Of a stretch of DNA of 52,841 nt, positions 1 through 9,327 are shown piece after piece. The notes below the pieces were generated by a model. The model did no database searches, was not told the origin of the DNA, and saw nothing but the letters and a program-made list of their open reading frames with translations. The stretch's first letter is position 1. Every line of letters starts with the position of its first letter. This DNA is from a virus. Its lineage: Duplodnaviria > Caudoviricetes. Location of the stretch: the IMG/VR virus record IMGVR_UViG_3300022188_000015, positions 1 to 52,841 of that record; one strand, written 5' to 3'. The position numbers and the translations under genes are program-made.

Positions 1-142
1 TCCGAAAGCTCAACATAACTATCTTTTCTTCCATCAAGAAGATTTTGTAAATCATCAATTTTACTAGACCAGTCCACCCATGAGCTGCCGTCCCAGTATT
101 CAGCAGAAACAATCGTCTTTCCCTGGAAGACATCGCTCCACT
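1..142. repeat. Terminal direct repeat, left copy (assembly circularity overlap)
   Basis: Matches 52700-52841 except A127 vs C52826; one reading frame runs through the join. Confidence 0.95.
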
Positions 143-449
143 CCTCAAAAATTAGCGGAAGCAATGATGACCCTTCCTCTGTCATCAGAGCCCTATTTCC
201 ATAGCTGAAAGCGGATGTATCGCCAAGGCCAAGAGTTAATGTCTCGTCCCCACCGTCATTGTTTTCAGTGAGGGTAAGCCCATCATCTACATCTAGCTTA
301 CCATTCAAATAACCTTCTGTGGTATCATTAGAGGAAACACACACGCTTCCGATCTTATCAAAAAGCTCAGCTATATCATCGTTTACCTTAGTTTTTAGCG
401 CATCCCGTACTGTATCAGTGCCTAATATTTGATCTTGCCCAGTTCCCAT
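1..449 (-). CDS. 5' part of a tail fibre-like gene spanning the circular junction (about 423 aa in total, continuing 52699 to 51877)
   Basis: ATG at 449 overlaps the TAA of the upstream gene (TAATG); reads MGTGQDQILGTDTVRDALK...WDGSSWVDWSSKIDD, in frame with the 51877..52776 ORF. Confidence 0.8.
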   Translation of the reverse strand, partial: MGTGQDQILGTDTVRDALKTKVNDDIAELFDKIGSVCVSSNDTTEGYLNGKLDVDDGLTLTENNDGGDETLTLGLGDTSAFSYGNRALMTEEGSSLLPLIFEEWSDVFQGKTIVSAEYWDGSSWVDWSSKIDDLQNLLDGRKDSYVELS

Positions 450-2749
450 TAATGACTAAGCCTCCTATACCTCAAAATTAATCCATTAACATGAATCGGA
501 TAACCACTAAGTAAAATATTGTCCAATGCAAACATAACAGCCCTGGCATTAAAATTCACCTGCCTAAATAGCTCTGTCTGTGCTATGTCCACGCTGAAAT
601 AAGCATCATCCACGTCAACCACAGCCTCATCCACTGTCAATGTGTCATATACAGCAAGGCTAAAATCAACGCTTGCAGTTTCAGTCTGCATTTGGCCGTC
701 CGTAAACAAGCCCACAGAAACTTGCCCCCCAATGATAGAACTAGCAACCAATTGTACCTGAGTAAAGTTAGCGTATACAAATGGCATTTCCATGTAAGCG
801 CTTCGTAATTTCGGGGCGATCTGCAAGATACCCAAATCTTTGTAATCACTTGAATCTATTCTGTATAAATATCCGTCACTGCCGCCTATCAGAAAATCTT
901 CCCCAGTAGAAGCCAAAGCAGTCGGAATAAGAATAGAACGTATCTCAACGCCAGAAGTCCCTGGGTTACCACTAGCATCAGCAATGTAAATAGTATTAAA
1001 TCCCAAGCCATCATTATCGCCATATCCCCATTGATGATCAGCAAGAGAACCCAATGTTCCTTCAGTCAGCACTACGCCGTCCATAGAAACAGCGTCCGGT
1101 TTTGCGGCAATAGAAGGATCACCGCCCCCAGCTAACTCAAGGTAATACTCGTTAGTGCCAGAGCTTGAAAGCGTCCACTGGTAGGCATCCCGTGTAAAGA
1201 TATCACGGTAATACTCGTGCTCTGTCCATGGATACCGCATCCCCTGATTGTAGGGGTCAGCTACCACTAGTTTGGTATGGCAAACTAACACTCTGTGGTA
1301 TGGCGGCATAACTAGCCAGTATTGGCCTTCTTTTGGGTAGTACGCCGCAAATGCAGTGTCACTATCCCAGTAACTGTCAAACTTATCTTTCACAGGGTCA
1401 GAAGCAGAGAACGTCCTCAGATCCCCGTATTCCTGAACGCCGGTTACAGGGTCTACGCCATCGGCAGATCCTGCCCAAAGATCATTAGTAGCGTTCACTA
1501 ACGTTTTGTGTGTAGTCCATGCTCGCTGAAAAGTAAGCGGCAATGCATAATCAGACGGGCTAGAACCCTGCAATCTAGAAAGATACGGTTGTTTTTCTGT
1601 GCCATACACAAGCAAATCGCCATACAGAACATCTATGCCGCCCACTTCAAACGTGTCTTTATTGCCGTCAATGACGCCTATATAACCGCCACCGCCAGGC
1701 GTTGACCAGTCCAAATGCGTCAAATTGCTAAACCATACATACCCTGGATTATCAGGGTCGCCAGCCACGAATAAGCGCAAATCTTTTACAGCGCCAAAAC
1801 TAGCTTTAGGTGGTTTGCCAGGCCGTAAAGACATCAAAGGCGTTTTAGTAGAATCGTTTGACCATGAAGAAGTATAGTAATAAGCTGCGCCACCAGAAGA
1901 AACATCACAGCAATGTACGTCAATGTAATTACTTCCATCCCCACTGGAATATTCCAAGCTCAGGTAGTACTCTGTATTAGGGGACATCTCGGTAGTGATA
2001 TCACTATCACTGAACGTAACATCATAGAGGGTCGCTATGGTAGTAAGCTCGGACACATCAGAAAGCATCACCTTGCTAGCCAGCACAGAATCATCAGATA
2101 CTTTTCTTAATCTAACTGTCAACTGGCCTGTAGGCGAACCTGTCTTACTTAGATAAACAGAAACAGTAGTTGGCGGAATAGTATACCCGCTTGTCCAGCT
2201 CTGGCTTGTAAACTTGGTAGCCACCCTTACATTTGTGCCGTTCCCTAACGCAATAGTTGAGTCCTGACTTTCTGCTGTGTAGTCAAACTGGTATCCGCTC
2301 GTTCCTGTCCCGTCATCATAGGCTATCTTTATAGAGTTTAGATCACTATCAACATACTTGATATAATCGCCATCAAGTAGTATTGCTACGCCGTTATAGC
2401 TGACTATCTCACACCGGGCCGAAAGCGTACCGATCAGCACAGGCTTAGGATCACTGTCCAGGTAATAAACGTTATAGTTCTCATCCTGGACGATAATATA
2501 CATTTCATCGCCAATCTTAGCAAAACCAATAGAGATAATAGGGCCAGAAGCAGCATTAGTTGTGTAACGACTAATAGGATCACGGGTTACAAGTCTACCG
2601 CCCTTCCTGATATTCCAGTTGACAAGCTCGGACAATTCCGTCTTCTCAATCTGGAATATCGGAAGATACGTATTAAGCCCATGAGGAAAACCCATGAAGG
2701 ATAATACCTCATTGGCTTTCTTGTATTTTGGCCGTACCCGTCTGATCAA
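449..2749 (-). CDS. Tail nozzle / DNA stabilization protein (P22 gp10 or tubular protein B-like)
   Basis: 766 aa, beta-rich propeller-like sequence; lies directly after the adaptor gene in the podovirus gene order. Confidence 0.65.
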   Translation of the reverse strand: MIRRVRPKYKKANEVLSFMGFPHGLNTYLPIFQIEKTELSELVNWNIRKGGRLVTRDPISRYTTNAASGPIISIGFAKIGDEMYIIVQDENYNVYYLDSDPKPVLIGTLSARCEIVSYNGVAILLDGDYIKYVDSDLNSIKIAYDDGTGTSGYQFDYTAESQDSTIALGNGTNVRVATKFTSQSWTSGYTIPPTTVSVYLSKTGSPTGQLTVRLRKVSDDSVLASKVMLSDVSELTTIATLYDVTFSDSDITTEMSPNTEYYLSLEYSSGDGSNYIDVHCCDVSSGGAAYYYTSSWSNDSTKTPLMSLRPGKPPKASFGAVKDLRLFVAGDPDNPGYVWFSNLTHLDWSTPGGGGYIGVIDGNKDTFEVGGIDVLYGDLLVYGTEKQPYLSRLQGSSPSDYALPLTFQRAWTTHKTLVNATNDLWAGSADGVDPVTGVQEYGDLRTFSASDPVKDKFDSYWDSDTAFAAYYPKEGQYWLVMPPYHRVLVCHTKLVVADPYNQGMRYPWTEHEYYRDIFTRDAYQWTLSSSGTNEYYLELAGGGDPSIAAKPDAVSMDGVVLTEGTLGSLADHQWGYGDNDGLGFNTIYIADASGNPGTSGVEIRSILIPTALASTGEDFLIGGSDGYLYRIDSSDYKDLGILQIAPKLRSAYMEMPFVYANFTQVQLVASSIIGGQVSVGLFTDGQMQTETASVDFSLAVYDTLTVDEAVVDVDDAYFSVDIAQTELFRQVNFNARAVMFALDNILLSGYPIHVNGLILRYRRLSH

Positions 2750-3357
2750 AAGTCCAACCTCGGTTTCTTATATGTAAACTTCCGCCTCAAGGCGTTCGCA
2801 AAAAGCTTATTGGCAAACCAGTTGTAAATCTCTGAGTCTGAAGCTGGCTCGTTTTCATTTCTCTTATCGGCCAGCATGATTATTACTTCTCTGATCATTC
2901 CGTTGAACTCGTCATTGTAAGGCATATCATCGCCAAGGCTCAACGGATCATGCCTTTTGTCGTAATAAACTTTAATGGTATAGGTATCGTCAGGAACACA
3001 CTCAAAAAGGATCTGTGTTCCTTTTAAGGCGCAATAGCGAGGCTGATACGAAGAACTTACGTACTTCCGCCGTTCATAGAGATATTCAGGTGTAACCTTT
3101 AGCAATTCATTGGTGTCAATCCATGCCGATCTGAGCAGCATACAGTTGTCAGGGGCGTCAATGTAGTCATTGGAAGTAGAAAGCGTAGTCTCGTACTCGT
3201 TGTACACCCAGTCTGAGTGCAAAACAGAAAGCACATTGTCCAATTGCACCAATGCCCTGTTAGCGTATGCCAACAGTTCTGCATCAGTGTAAAGGCTAGA
3301 ATTGGTATCTCTCAGGTCATAACGAGCCTCAGCTATGATACTGTCTATGGTAGCCAT
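2746..3357 (-). CDS. Head-to-tail adaptor (tubular protein A / gp4-like)
   Basis: MATIDSIIAEARYDLRD...YTDAELLAYANRAL N-terminus typical of adaptors; position after the capsid genes. Confidence 0.65.
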   Translation of the reverse strand: MATIDSIIAEARYDLRDTNSSLYTDAELLAYANRALVQLDNVLSVLHSDWVYNEYETTLSTSNDYIDAPDNCMLLRSAWIDTNELLKVTPEYLYERRKYVSSSYQPRYCALKGTQILFECVPDDTYTIKVYYDKRHDPLSLGDDMPYNDEFNGMIREVIIMLADKRNENEPASDSEIYNWFANKLFANALRRKFTYKKPRLDF

Positions 3358-3416
3358 GAGAAAGAACCTCAAAGAGGGGTAAAGGCATCATGTGTGCCCT
3401 CACCCCGTCTTAGCGG

Positions 3417-3860
3417 TTAATAAACATCTTTGCTCTTCAGGCAAAGAGCGCACACTTCAACCTTGGCGCCGTCAATATCGACATCTGCGGTGTCAGTGGT
3501 AGCAGTAATATCAATAGTGTCATCACTAGCGAAGTACACCGGCGCAAACAAAGCGCCTACTATGGCATTGGCGCTATCAATCGCTACGCCATCACCCCAT
3601 TTATCTGCGTCACCACCATAGCCAAGGTCAACAGTTCCATTAGCAGTCTCTGCGGTAATCACCCTTATCCAAGCAGTAAGAACAGTAGTACCAGCAGGAA
3701 TATTAAGTACTTGTGCTACATCGCCGTTACCTGCATCAAGGGTCTGCTTGGAAAAATCGACAATGTTTCGCATAATAGTCAAACGGTTCTCGATCAGAGT
3801 AACCTCAGTGGGAACCATCTGGCCTTTTATGCTTCCGTCGGTAAAATTGTAAGTAGCCAT
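3417..3860 (-). CDS. Capsid decoration / minor head protein
   Basis: 147 aa beta-sandwich-like sequence (IPAGTTV...VITAE...VDLG) right after the MCP, with GGAGG RBS. Confidence 0.55.
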   Translation of the reverse strand: MATYNFTDGSIKGQMVPTEVTLIENRLTIMRNIVDFSKQTLDAGNGDVAQVLNIPAGTTVLTAWIRVITAETANGTVDLGYGGDADKWGDGVAIDSANAIVGALFAPVYFASDDTIDITATTDTADVDIDGAKVEVCALCLKSKDVY

Positions 3861-3922
3861 TAGCCTTACCTCCTATCTATCTTCAGGGAACACCGCAATG
3901 TAGCGGCATCCCCTGATCTAGC

Positions 3923-4990
3923 TTAGTTGTGGGTTGCATTGGACCTGCAGGTTATCACCATACAGCCAAAGTTTTTGCTGTTAAAGCGGCAAGCCTTCAT
4001 GCCAAAGATCATGCCAGCCGCTATGCCTTTCTTGTCTCTGTAGTCTTCCATGTCCTCAACCCAGGACATAGGCAGACCGTCCAGCCTATGGCGGTCAATC
4101 CTGTCATAGGCGTTGCCTATGGCAAACACGCCAGCCTGAGCGCCCAGGAACAGGTTGCGTCTTACATTGGTCTGTGGGCTATACACACGGGAATCCTCGT
4201 AAATGATCATCCCGTTGTACACACCCTCTGCCCCTGTAAAGATAGGGTTCTTCAGGCCACGCACATTGGCGTATTGCTGTATCTCGTGCCATTTGATAGT
4301 GGTGTTCTGAGTAGACACCCTGATGTCAGTCAGGGAATAAGTGTGCAAGACCACCACGTACCATTTGCCACCCTCAATCTGGGTCTGCCTAATCATAGGA
4401 TCAATGGTCTTGGCCTTTTCCTTGGCATAGTCTAGATCAAGCAGGCTGATCTGGTCATTAGAGCCGATATTGTTCTCATCGGTTTCAATATCCCCAGAAA
4501 AAGACACATCCCCTGCTACAATGTAGTGGTCGCTGTCAGGGTTGACACCAGCCTGCCCGTGATTAATAGAAGTGTCCCCACCAAGATACCTGAACATATA
4601 AGTATCAAGAGTGTTCCTCCACCAATCGGCCAAGTTTTCCCTGGCATCCTGCCTTAGATCGTGCAGGGTCCTTTGTTGGGATTCCCGGTCAAACATATGA
4701 GCTTGCCTCAACTGCTTGATAACCACCGAGTCCTGATGGTAGACAAGCGGGGCTTCATTGTACTTCATCCAGCTATTTCCGCTTACGCCCTCACCTTGAG
4801 TCTGCATGAGTAGGTCATACTTGATAGTATCACCTGCGTCTTTTTCCAGATCAAGCAAGCGCATAATAATGTTGTTCTTGGAAGCCCCCATAAACTTATT
4901 GAACAGGGTCGGCTTGAGCGCTTCCCTGAAAGTCAGCTTACTGTAAAGCTTTACAGCTTGTGGGTCGTTTACACCAAATTCGGTTAACAT
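3923..4990 (-). CDS. Major capsid protein, N4-gp56/DUF4043 family
   Basis: TEFGVNDPQAVKLYS start, LEKDAGDTI, NPIFTGAEGVYNG, LFLGAQAG and final FGMKACRFN motifs. Confidence 0.9.
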   Translation of the reverse strand: MLTEFGVNDPQAVKLYSKLTFREALKPTLFNKFMGASKNNIIMRLLDLEKDAGDTIKYDLLMQTQGEGVSGNSWMKYNEAPLVYHQDSVVIKQLRQAHMFDRESQQRTLHDLRQDARENLADWWRNTLDTYMFRYLGGDTSINHGQAGVNPDSDHYIVAGDVSFSGDIETDENNIGSNDQISLLDLDYAKEKAKTIDPMIRQTQIEGGKWYVVVLHTYSLTDIRVSTQNTTIKWHEIQQYANVRGLKNPIFTGAEGVYNGMIIYEDSRVYSPQTNVRRNLFLGAQAGVFAIGNAYDRIDRHRLDGLPMSWVEDMEDYRDKKGIAAGMIFGMKACRFNSKNFGCMVITCRSNATHN

Positions 4991-5009
4991 CTTCTACACC
5001 TCCTGTATA

Positions 5010-6029
5010 TCACTTACCCGCCCGCAAAGCCCTCTCTATCCTGGCAATATCCGCATCGCTCAAGTTCAGAAAATCATCCACGCTTATTTCAGCAACGTCA
5101 GCTAAACTTCTGCCACCACTGCCTTTTCGATTGGCCTTGCCGGACAGGTTGCTTGGTTTATTACTGAGAAACTTGAGCTTATCAAGCTTCTCTTTACCCT
5201 CAGACGAAACCTGCGAGGCCATTTTGAGCGCCTTGCGGTATTTCCGCTTGCTGATAAGGCCATTGGTATTGCGCGTAAACGCATCTATTACGGCCTCGTA
5301 ATCAAGCCCAGGGAACTTTTGCTCGAACTCAGCCACAAGATCGCTGTCTTCCAGAATCTCAACGGCATCGTCTATGCTGCCAATAGCGCTAGGATCAATG
5401 CCTTTCTGGGCCAGTACCCTGTCAAAGCCCTTGTCGAGAAAAGTCCATGCCTGGTTGAGCCTCTGCGCAGCAACAACATAGTTGGGGTCCTCAGATACCA
5501 GAGAGTTGATTATCTCTGCATTCTTGGCCTCTATCTGCTGCGCTAGGGTGTTTTCAGCAAGGTTAGTTACAGCCTCGTTGACCGGCTTGATCTTGGGTTC
5601 CAGGATCTTCACCAAGTCTTCAGGGTCGATATAGGGGTTGTCATCGGCATCAAACTTGACCGGTACCCCTTTCAGCGTAGGCTGCTTTTCGCCCTTGCCG
5701 TAAGCACCCTCGGCCTTCTGCTGCTTGATCTCAGCAAGCACCGAGTTTATAGCATCAAGCTGGCTTTTGAGTTCTTGGCGGGTCTTCCGCTCATTGATCA
5801 TCTCACGGTATAACCCGTCCTTTTCCTTCTCAATCTTTTCCAGCTTCGCCATTAGCTCGTCTACCGTAGGCTGCTTGTCAGAGACATCCTCATTCTTAGG
5901 CTTGTCCTGATCAAGGGCAATGCCTTCATCATCATTGCCGGCATCATCCTCGACAGGTTCTTTGACGCCTTTGTCTTGAGTTTTGTCGTCCATGTCCTCG
6001 TTCAGAATTTCGTCAATCTTGTCACCCAT
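5010..6029 (-). CDS. Scaffolding protein
   Basis: Acidic N-terminus plus coiled coil, between portal and MCP; ATG 6029 has a GGAGGAG RBS. Confidence 0.65.
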   Translation of the reverse strand: MGDKIDEILNEDMDDKTQDKGVKEPVEDDAGNDDEGIALDQDKPKNEDVSDKQPTVDELMAKLEKIEKEKDGLYREMINERKTRQELKSQLDAINSVLAEIKQQKAEGAYGKGEKQPTLKGVPVKFDADDNPYIDPEDLVKILEPKIKPVNEAVTNLAENTLAQQIEAKNAEIINSLVSEDPNYVVAAQRLNQAWTFLDKGFDRVLAQKGIDPSAIGSIDDAVEILEDSDLVAEFEQKFPGLDYEAVIDAFTRNTNGLISKRKYRKALKMASQVSSEGKEKLDKLKFLSNKPSNLSGKANRKGSGGRSLADVAEISVDDFLNLSDADIARIERALRAGK

Positions 6030-6128
6030 ATCTTCTCCTCCTTTACACCTCGTTTTTTTCGCCTCGGGTGAAGGCGTAGCACCGTTGGTTATCACGGCCC
6101 AAACCGGTGAAAGCCGTAGCGGGCGTTA

Positions 6129-6332
6129 TTACCCGAACTTCTTAACCTTTGCCTTTCCAAACACTGTCTGCCTAGTAGGCAGCTTTTCCCATTCCTCGTC
6201 ATTCCTGTGCCAGTTGATCTTGTCGTAATTCTCTTTGTATTTGTCGCTCAGAACCCTCTGATTCACCCCATACGTCAATGACCAGCCGTAAGTCTTTCGG
6301 TTAAGCCTTCGTGGCATATTGAGTTTGACCAC
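6129..6332 (-). CDS. Small hypothetical protein
   Basis: 67 aa, AGGAG RBS before GTG, co-oriented with the late genes. Confidence 0.5.
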   Translation of the reverse strand: MVKLNMPRRLNRKTYGWSLTYGVNQRVLSDKYKENYDKINWHRNDEEWEKLPTRQTVFGKAKVKKFG

Positions 6333-6351
6333 CTCCTTTCACAGGCCAAAT

Positions 6352-6398
6352 AAAAAGGCCGAGCAGGTCCGTCTGTTAAACGAAACCCACTCGGCCTT
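6352..6398 (-). terminator. Rho-independent terminator or attenuator upstream of the scaffold/capsid genes
   Basis: Minus-strand AAGGCCGAGTGGG...CCTGCTCGGCCTT stem followed by TTTATT. Confidence 0.55.
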
Positions 6399-6421
6399 AA
6401 ATAGTGCTCGTAGTGGTTAAC

Positions 6422-6565
6422 TTAGTCTAACTTGTAAGAGATCGTAAGGGTTATTCTCTTTAACCCTGGTTTATGCTCTTTTTCTAAAGTATACCACGCA
6501 TTTGTATTTTTGCAAATCTTTATGATCTGTGCAATAGCTTTTAGCGTTTTTAGTTTTTCTTTCAT
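6422..6565 (-). CDS. 47-aa hypothetical protein (absent from the ORF track)
   Basis: MKEKLKTLKAIAQIIKICK...ITLTISYKLD*, starting 3 nt after the previous stop. Confidence 0.5.
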   Translation of the reverse strand: MKEKLKTLKAIAQIIKICKNTNAWYTLEKEHKPGLKRITLTISYKLD

Positions 6566-6568
6566 AGC

Positions 6569-6772
6569 TTACGCAGACACCGCTATGTCAGGATATCGCC
6601 TTTTAACAGCCGCTCGGACTCGTCTCTTTTCTGCAGAGGTCCCCCACCGTGAAACTCTAGAAAGGGCCGCAATAGCCCTGTCTTTTGTGTCAATTGGATA
6701 TGCTCTCTTCTCAGGAATCGCAAATGCGCTACGTGGCAACCTCTTCTTGGCCAAATAACTAAGCTTACCCAT
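6569..6772 (-). CDS. Small basic phage head-associated protein (DUF6582-like)
   Basis: RLPRSAFAIPEKRAYPI..ALSRV motif. Confidence 0.6.
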   Translation of the reverse strand: MGKLSYLAKKRLPRSAFAIPEKRAYPIDTKDRAIAALSRVSRWGTSAEKRRVRAAVKRRYPDIAVSA

Positions 6773-8819
6773 TTAATCCCCCTTGCACTTCCTGTAACGG
6801 CACATTGTTCACTTGTTCCGCCGCTATCCTCTGTGCTATATCGTAAATCTTTTCTCTGGCCTGCTGATCCAGCTTAGCAAGCTCTATGGCAAACTTCATG
6901 TCATCTGATTTAGCATCCTGATCAGTCTTGTACTTGTCCAGAGCAAGCTTGCTATGGATCTTCTCTTTCTCAAGCTGTAGCTTGCCTTGCTGTAAAGCCG
7001 CCTGAGCTTGTTGAGCAGCCAAAGCAGTTTGTATCCGTAATTGCTGAGCACTCTGGACATACTGTTTCCACTTAGCCTTTTCTGCCGCTGTAAGATCGAG
7101 TTTGTCAATGATAACCAGCGGATCAACCGGAAAGCCTTTGCTCATCATTTCAAGGAAGATAGCAAGCTGGCTCATGGTCTTGGTCATGTTGGCCGGTGAG
7201 TCAATCACGTCAATATTGTACTTGAGATCCTTCAGGTTTCTCAGAGGCGCAACGGTCTTGTTTTCTAGATTGGCAACCAAGTTACCTCTGAACACGTACT
7301 TCTCGCCGCCGCCCAGGATTCGCTTGATCTGGCTCTCAGGCATGTATGCCGCTATAATTGCGTATACCCTCTCTGCTAGCCTTTTGATCAGCCTCTTATG
7401 CGCTCTGAACAGATTGTTGAGCAGTGTCAGTCCTTGCCTCTGCCTCAATTGAAGCACAATCCCAGGCTCTTGTCTGCCTCGATCATAGCCTAGCAGGTCA
7501 GGGTTTACGCCGGATATTTTCTTGGCAAGGTCTTGAGCGAACTCATTAAGGTGTAAAACACCAGAAGGCAACTGCGGCACGTTTTTCGGCATAAGCCTAC
7601 CTTCAGCCAATGCGTTGTTCGCCACTATGGTATCGGCCCCTGGCGCCGACCTTGTTTCATCCCAGTGTTCTACATCCTCAATAGCGTCTTTCTCAACAAA
7701 GTATCCCCCCTGCGTCTGTGCAAGGATAAGATTCAAGGTCTGAGACCACCTCTTGTTGATTTCCCTTTGTGGGTCGATCATATCTTTGACGATACCAAAA
7801 TACGTAGTCTTCTTGCCCGACTTGTCCTTGTATGCCACTTCGGACACTATTGAGAAGCCATCAAAAGGTAATGGCGAATCACCGTCATACAGCACCTTGT
7901 GCCCGATAAACTGGAACCATTTCACCTTCCGATCCTTTACCACGGTGTACTCAAAGTTCGGTATCCGCTCTTTCAGAGCCTTCAGGTGCTTCGGGTCAAA
8001 TTCCTCTAACTGGCCTGTAAACGGATTCACGCCATAGTAGCGATCATAAGGCGCCCAGTATTCCTTGTGGACTATCTTGATCATGCCATTTTGCAAATCG
8101 TAAAATCCATCGTCCAGCACATTGGAATAGTCCTCATCGCTAGGCGTATCGCCGTAGCCCAGGTCATAGTCCTCATCCTCAATGTCAGGGTCCCAGGCGT
8201 CCAGATCCCCGTTGCTCTCACCGTGCAATATCTCATCTAATTCATCCACCATCTCAGGATACTGCACAGCGAAATCCTCAACGCTGATCCATTTTTCCCA
8301 GAAGACATAACGCCCATTGGGGTCCTCATACACCTCGTCAACTGGTATAGACGTAATCGGTATGCGTATTTCCCCAGGCCTTTTGGGATCGGGCGCCAGG
8401 TCAACAGCAATGTAGCCTTTTCCGGTGATCAGTAGGTTCTCAAAAGCGTCATCCTCGGCATCGTCAACGTTCTCGATGTTGCGAACCTTGCCATAGGTGT
8501 CGTTGAGAATATCAGCCAGGAACTGATCATTAGGCTCGGTAGGAATGGCTTTGGCTTCAACCCGGTTAAGATCATTGACACCCTTCACCAATTCTACCGT
8601 AGCCTTAATGATATTGGCTACAAGCGCCGGCCTGCCTGCCTCTTCAAGCGCCCGTAGCTCTTCAGTGGTATACTGATGACCAGCGTAAAACTTGTATGCC
8701 TTCTTGGCCTGTCTGAGAAAAGACCTGTTGATGTCTACAGCATTCCGGTACTCTTGGCGTGCAGCTGTAAGCTTCTCAGACTTGCTAAGCTGGTCGAAGA
8801 ATTTGTATCTACTTCTCAA
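6765..8819 (-). CDS. Portal protein (P22-like)
   Basis: 684 aa; FYAGHQY..L...GRPALVANII, GIVKDMIDPQREINKRWSQ, C-terminal Gln-rich coiled coil. Confidence 0.9.
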   Translation of the reverse strand: MRSRYKFFDQLSKSEKLTAARQEYRNAVDINRSFLRQAKKAYKFYAGHQYTTEELRALEEAGRPALVANIIKATVELVKGVNDLNRVEAKAIPTEPNDQFLADILNDTYGKVRNIENVDDAEDDAFENLLITGKGYIAVDLAPDPKRPGEIRIPITSIPVDEVYEDPNGRYVFWEKWISVEDFAVQYPEMVDELDEILHGESNGDLDAWDPDIEDEDYDLGYGDTPSDEDYSNVLDDGFYDLQNGMIKIVHKEYWAPYDRYYGVNPFTGQLEEFDPKHLKALKERIPNFEYTVVKDRKVKWFQFIGHKVLYDGDSPLPFDGFSIVSEVAYKDKSGKKTTYFGIVKDMIDPQREINKRWSQTLNLILAQTQGGYFVEKDAIEDVEHWDETRSAPGADTIVANNALAEGRLMPKNVPQLPSGVLHLNEFAQDLAKKISGVNPDLLGYDRGRQEPGIVLQLRQRQGLTLLNNLFRAHKRLIKRLAERVYAIIAAYMPESQIKRILGGGEKYVFRGNLVANLENKTVAPLRNLKDLKYNIDVIDSPANMTKTMSQLAIFLEMMSKGFPVDPLVIIDKLDLTAAEKAKWKQYVQSAQQLRIQTALAAQQAQAALQQGKLQLEKEKIHSKLALDKYKTDQDAKSDDMKFAIELAKLDQQAREKIYDIAQRIAAEQVNNVPLQEVQGGLNG

Positions 8820-9315
8820 CCTCAGTTACCTCTTCAGGTTTGTTCTCGTCCTCTTCAGTGACCTCAACCCCAAATTCCGCCCAGCGCTCTTTAGGTAAGA
8901 AGCGCTTTACCACGGCATCAGAGAATTCCTTTGAAATGCGGCCCTCTTTCAGCGCTAGCCTCAAAGCCTGGAATGAATACCCTATCTCACCCGCAAACTC
9001 GGTGGGTTTAAGCCCTGAATCGTCTAACAAGGACTTCAACATGCCCACAGGAATCTTTTTCTCGTCCTGCGTAGGCTTCGTAACCTTCTGCGGCTGCATG
9101 CCCTGCGGTTGTCGCTCAGGCTCTAGCTGCACTCTCTTCGGATCGCTAGGTGGCGCACCGAAGTCTATAGCAGCTACATTGGCAAAATTAATCGCCAATC
9201 CAGAAGGAAGCAACCTAAACGGCAGCGTCCCCCTGGTAACCGCCCGAAACACCCTAGCCTCGTCCTCTTTCTTTAGCTTTAATTCGCTTCCGTCTAAAAA
9301 CTTTACCTTCGCCAT
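8809..9315 (-). CDS. Hypothetical protein with a C-terminal HTH-like segment
   Basis: LKPTEFAGEIGYSFQALRLALKEGRIS resembles an XRE-type HTH; lies between terL and portal. Confidence 0.5.
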   Translation of the reverse strand: MAKVKFLDGSELKLKKEDEARVFRAVTRGTLPFRLLPSGLAINFANVAAIDFGAPPSDPKRVQLEPERQPQGMQPQKVTKPTQDEKKIPVGMLKSLLDDSGLKPTEFAGEIGYSFQALRLALKEGRISKEFSDAVVKRFLPKERWAEFGVEVTEEDENKPEEVTEVEK

Positions 9316-9327
9316 AAATCCCCCTTT

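Noticed and set aside
1-142. Biological terminal repeat
   Set aside because: It falls mid-gene and its length resembles an assembler k-mer overlap; the single mismatch (Phe/Cys codon) may be a variant or an end error
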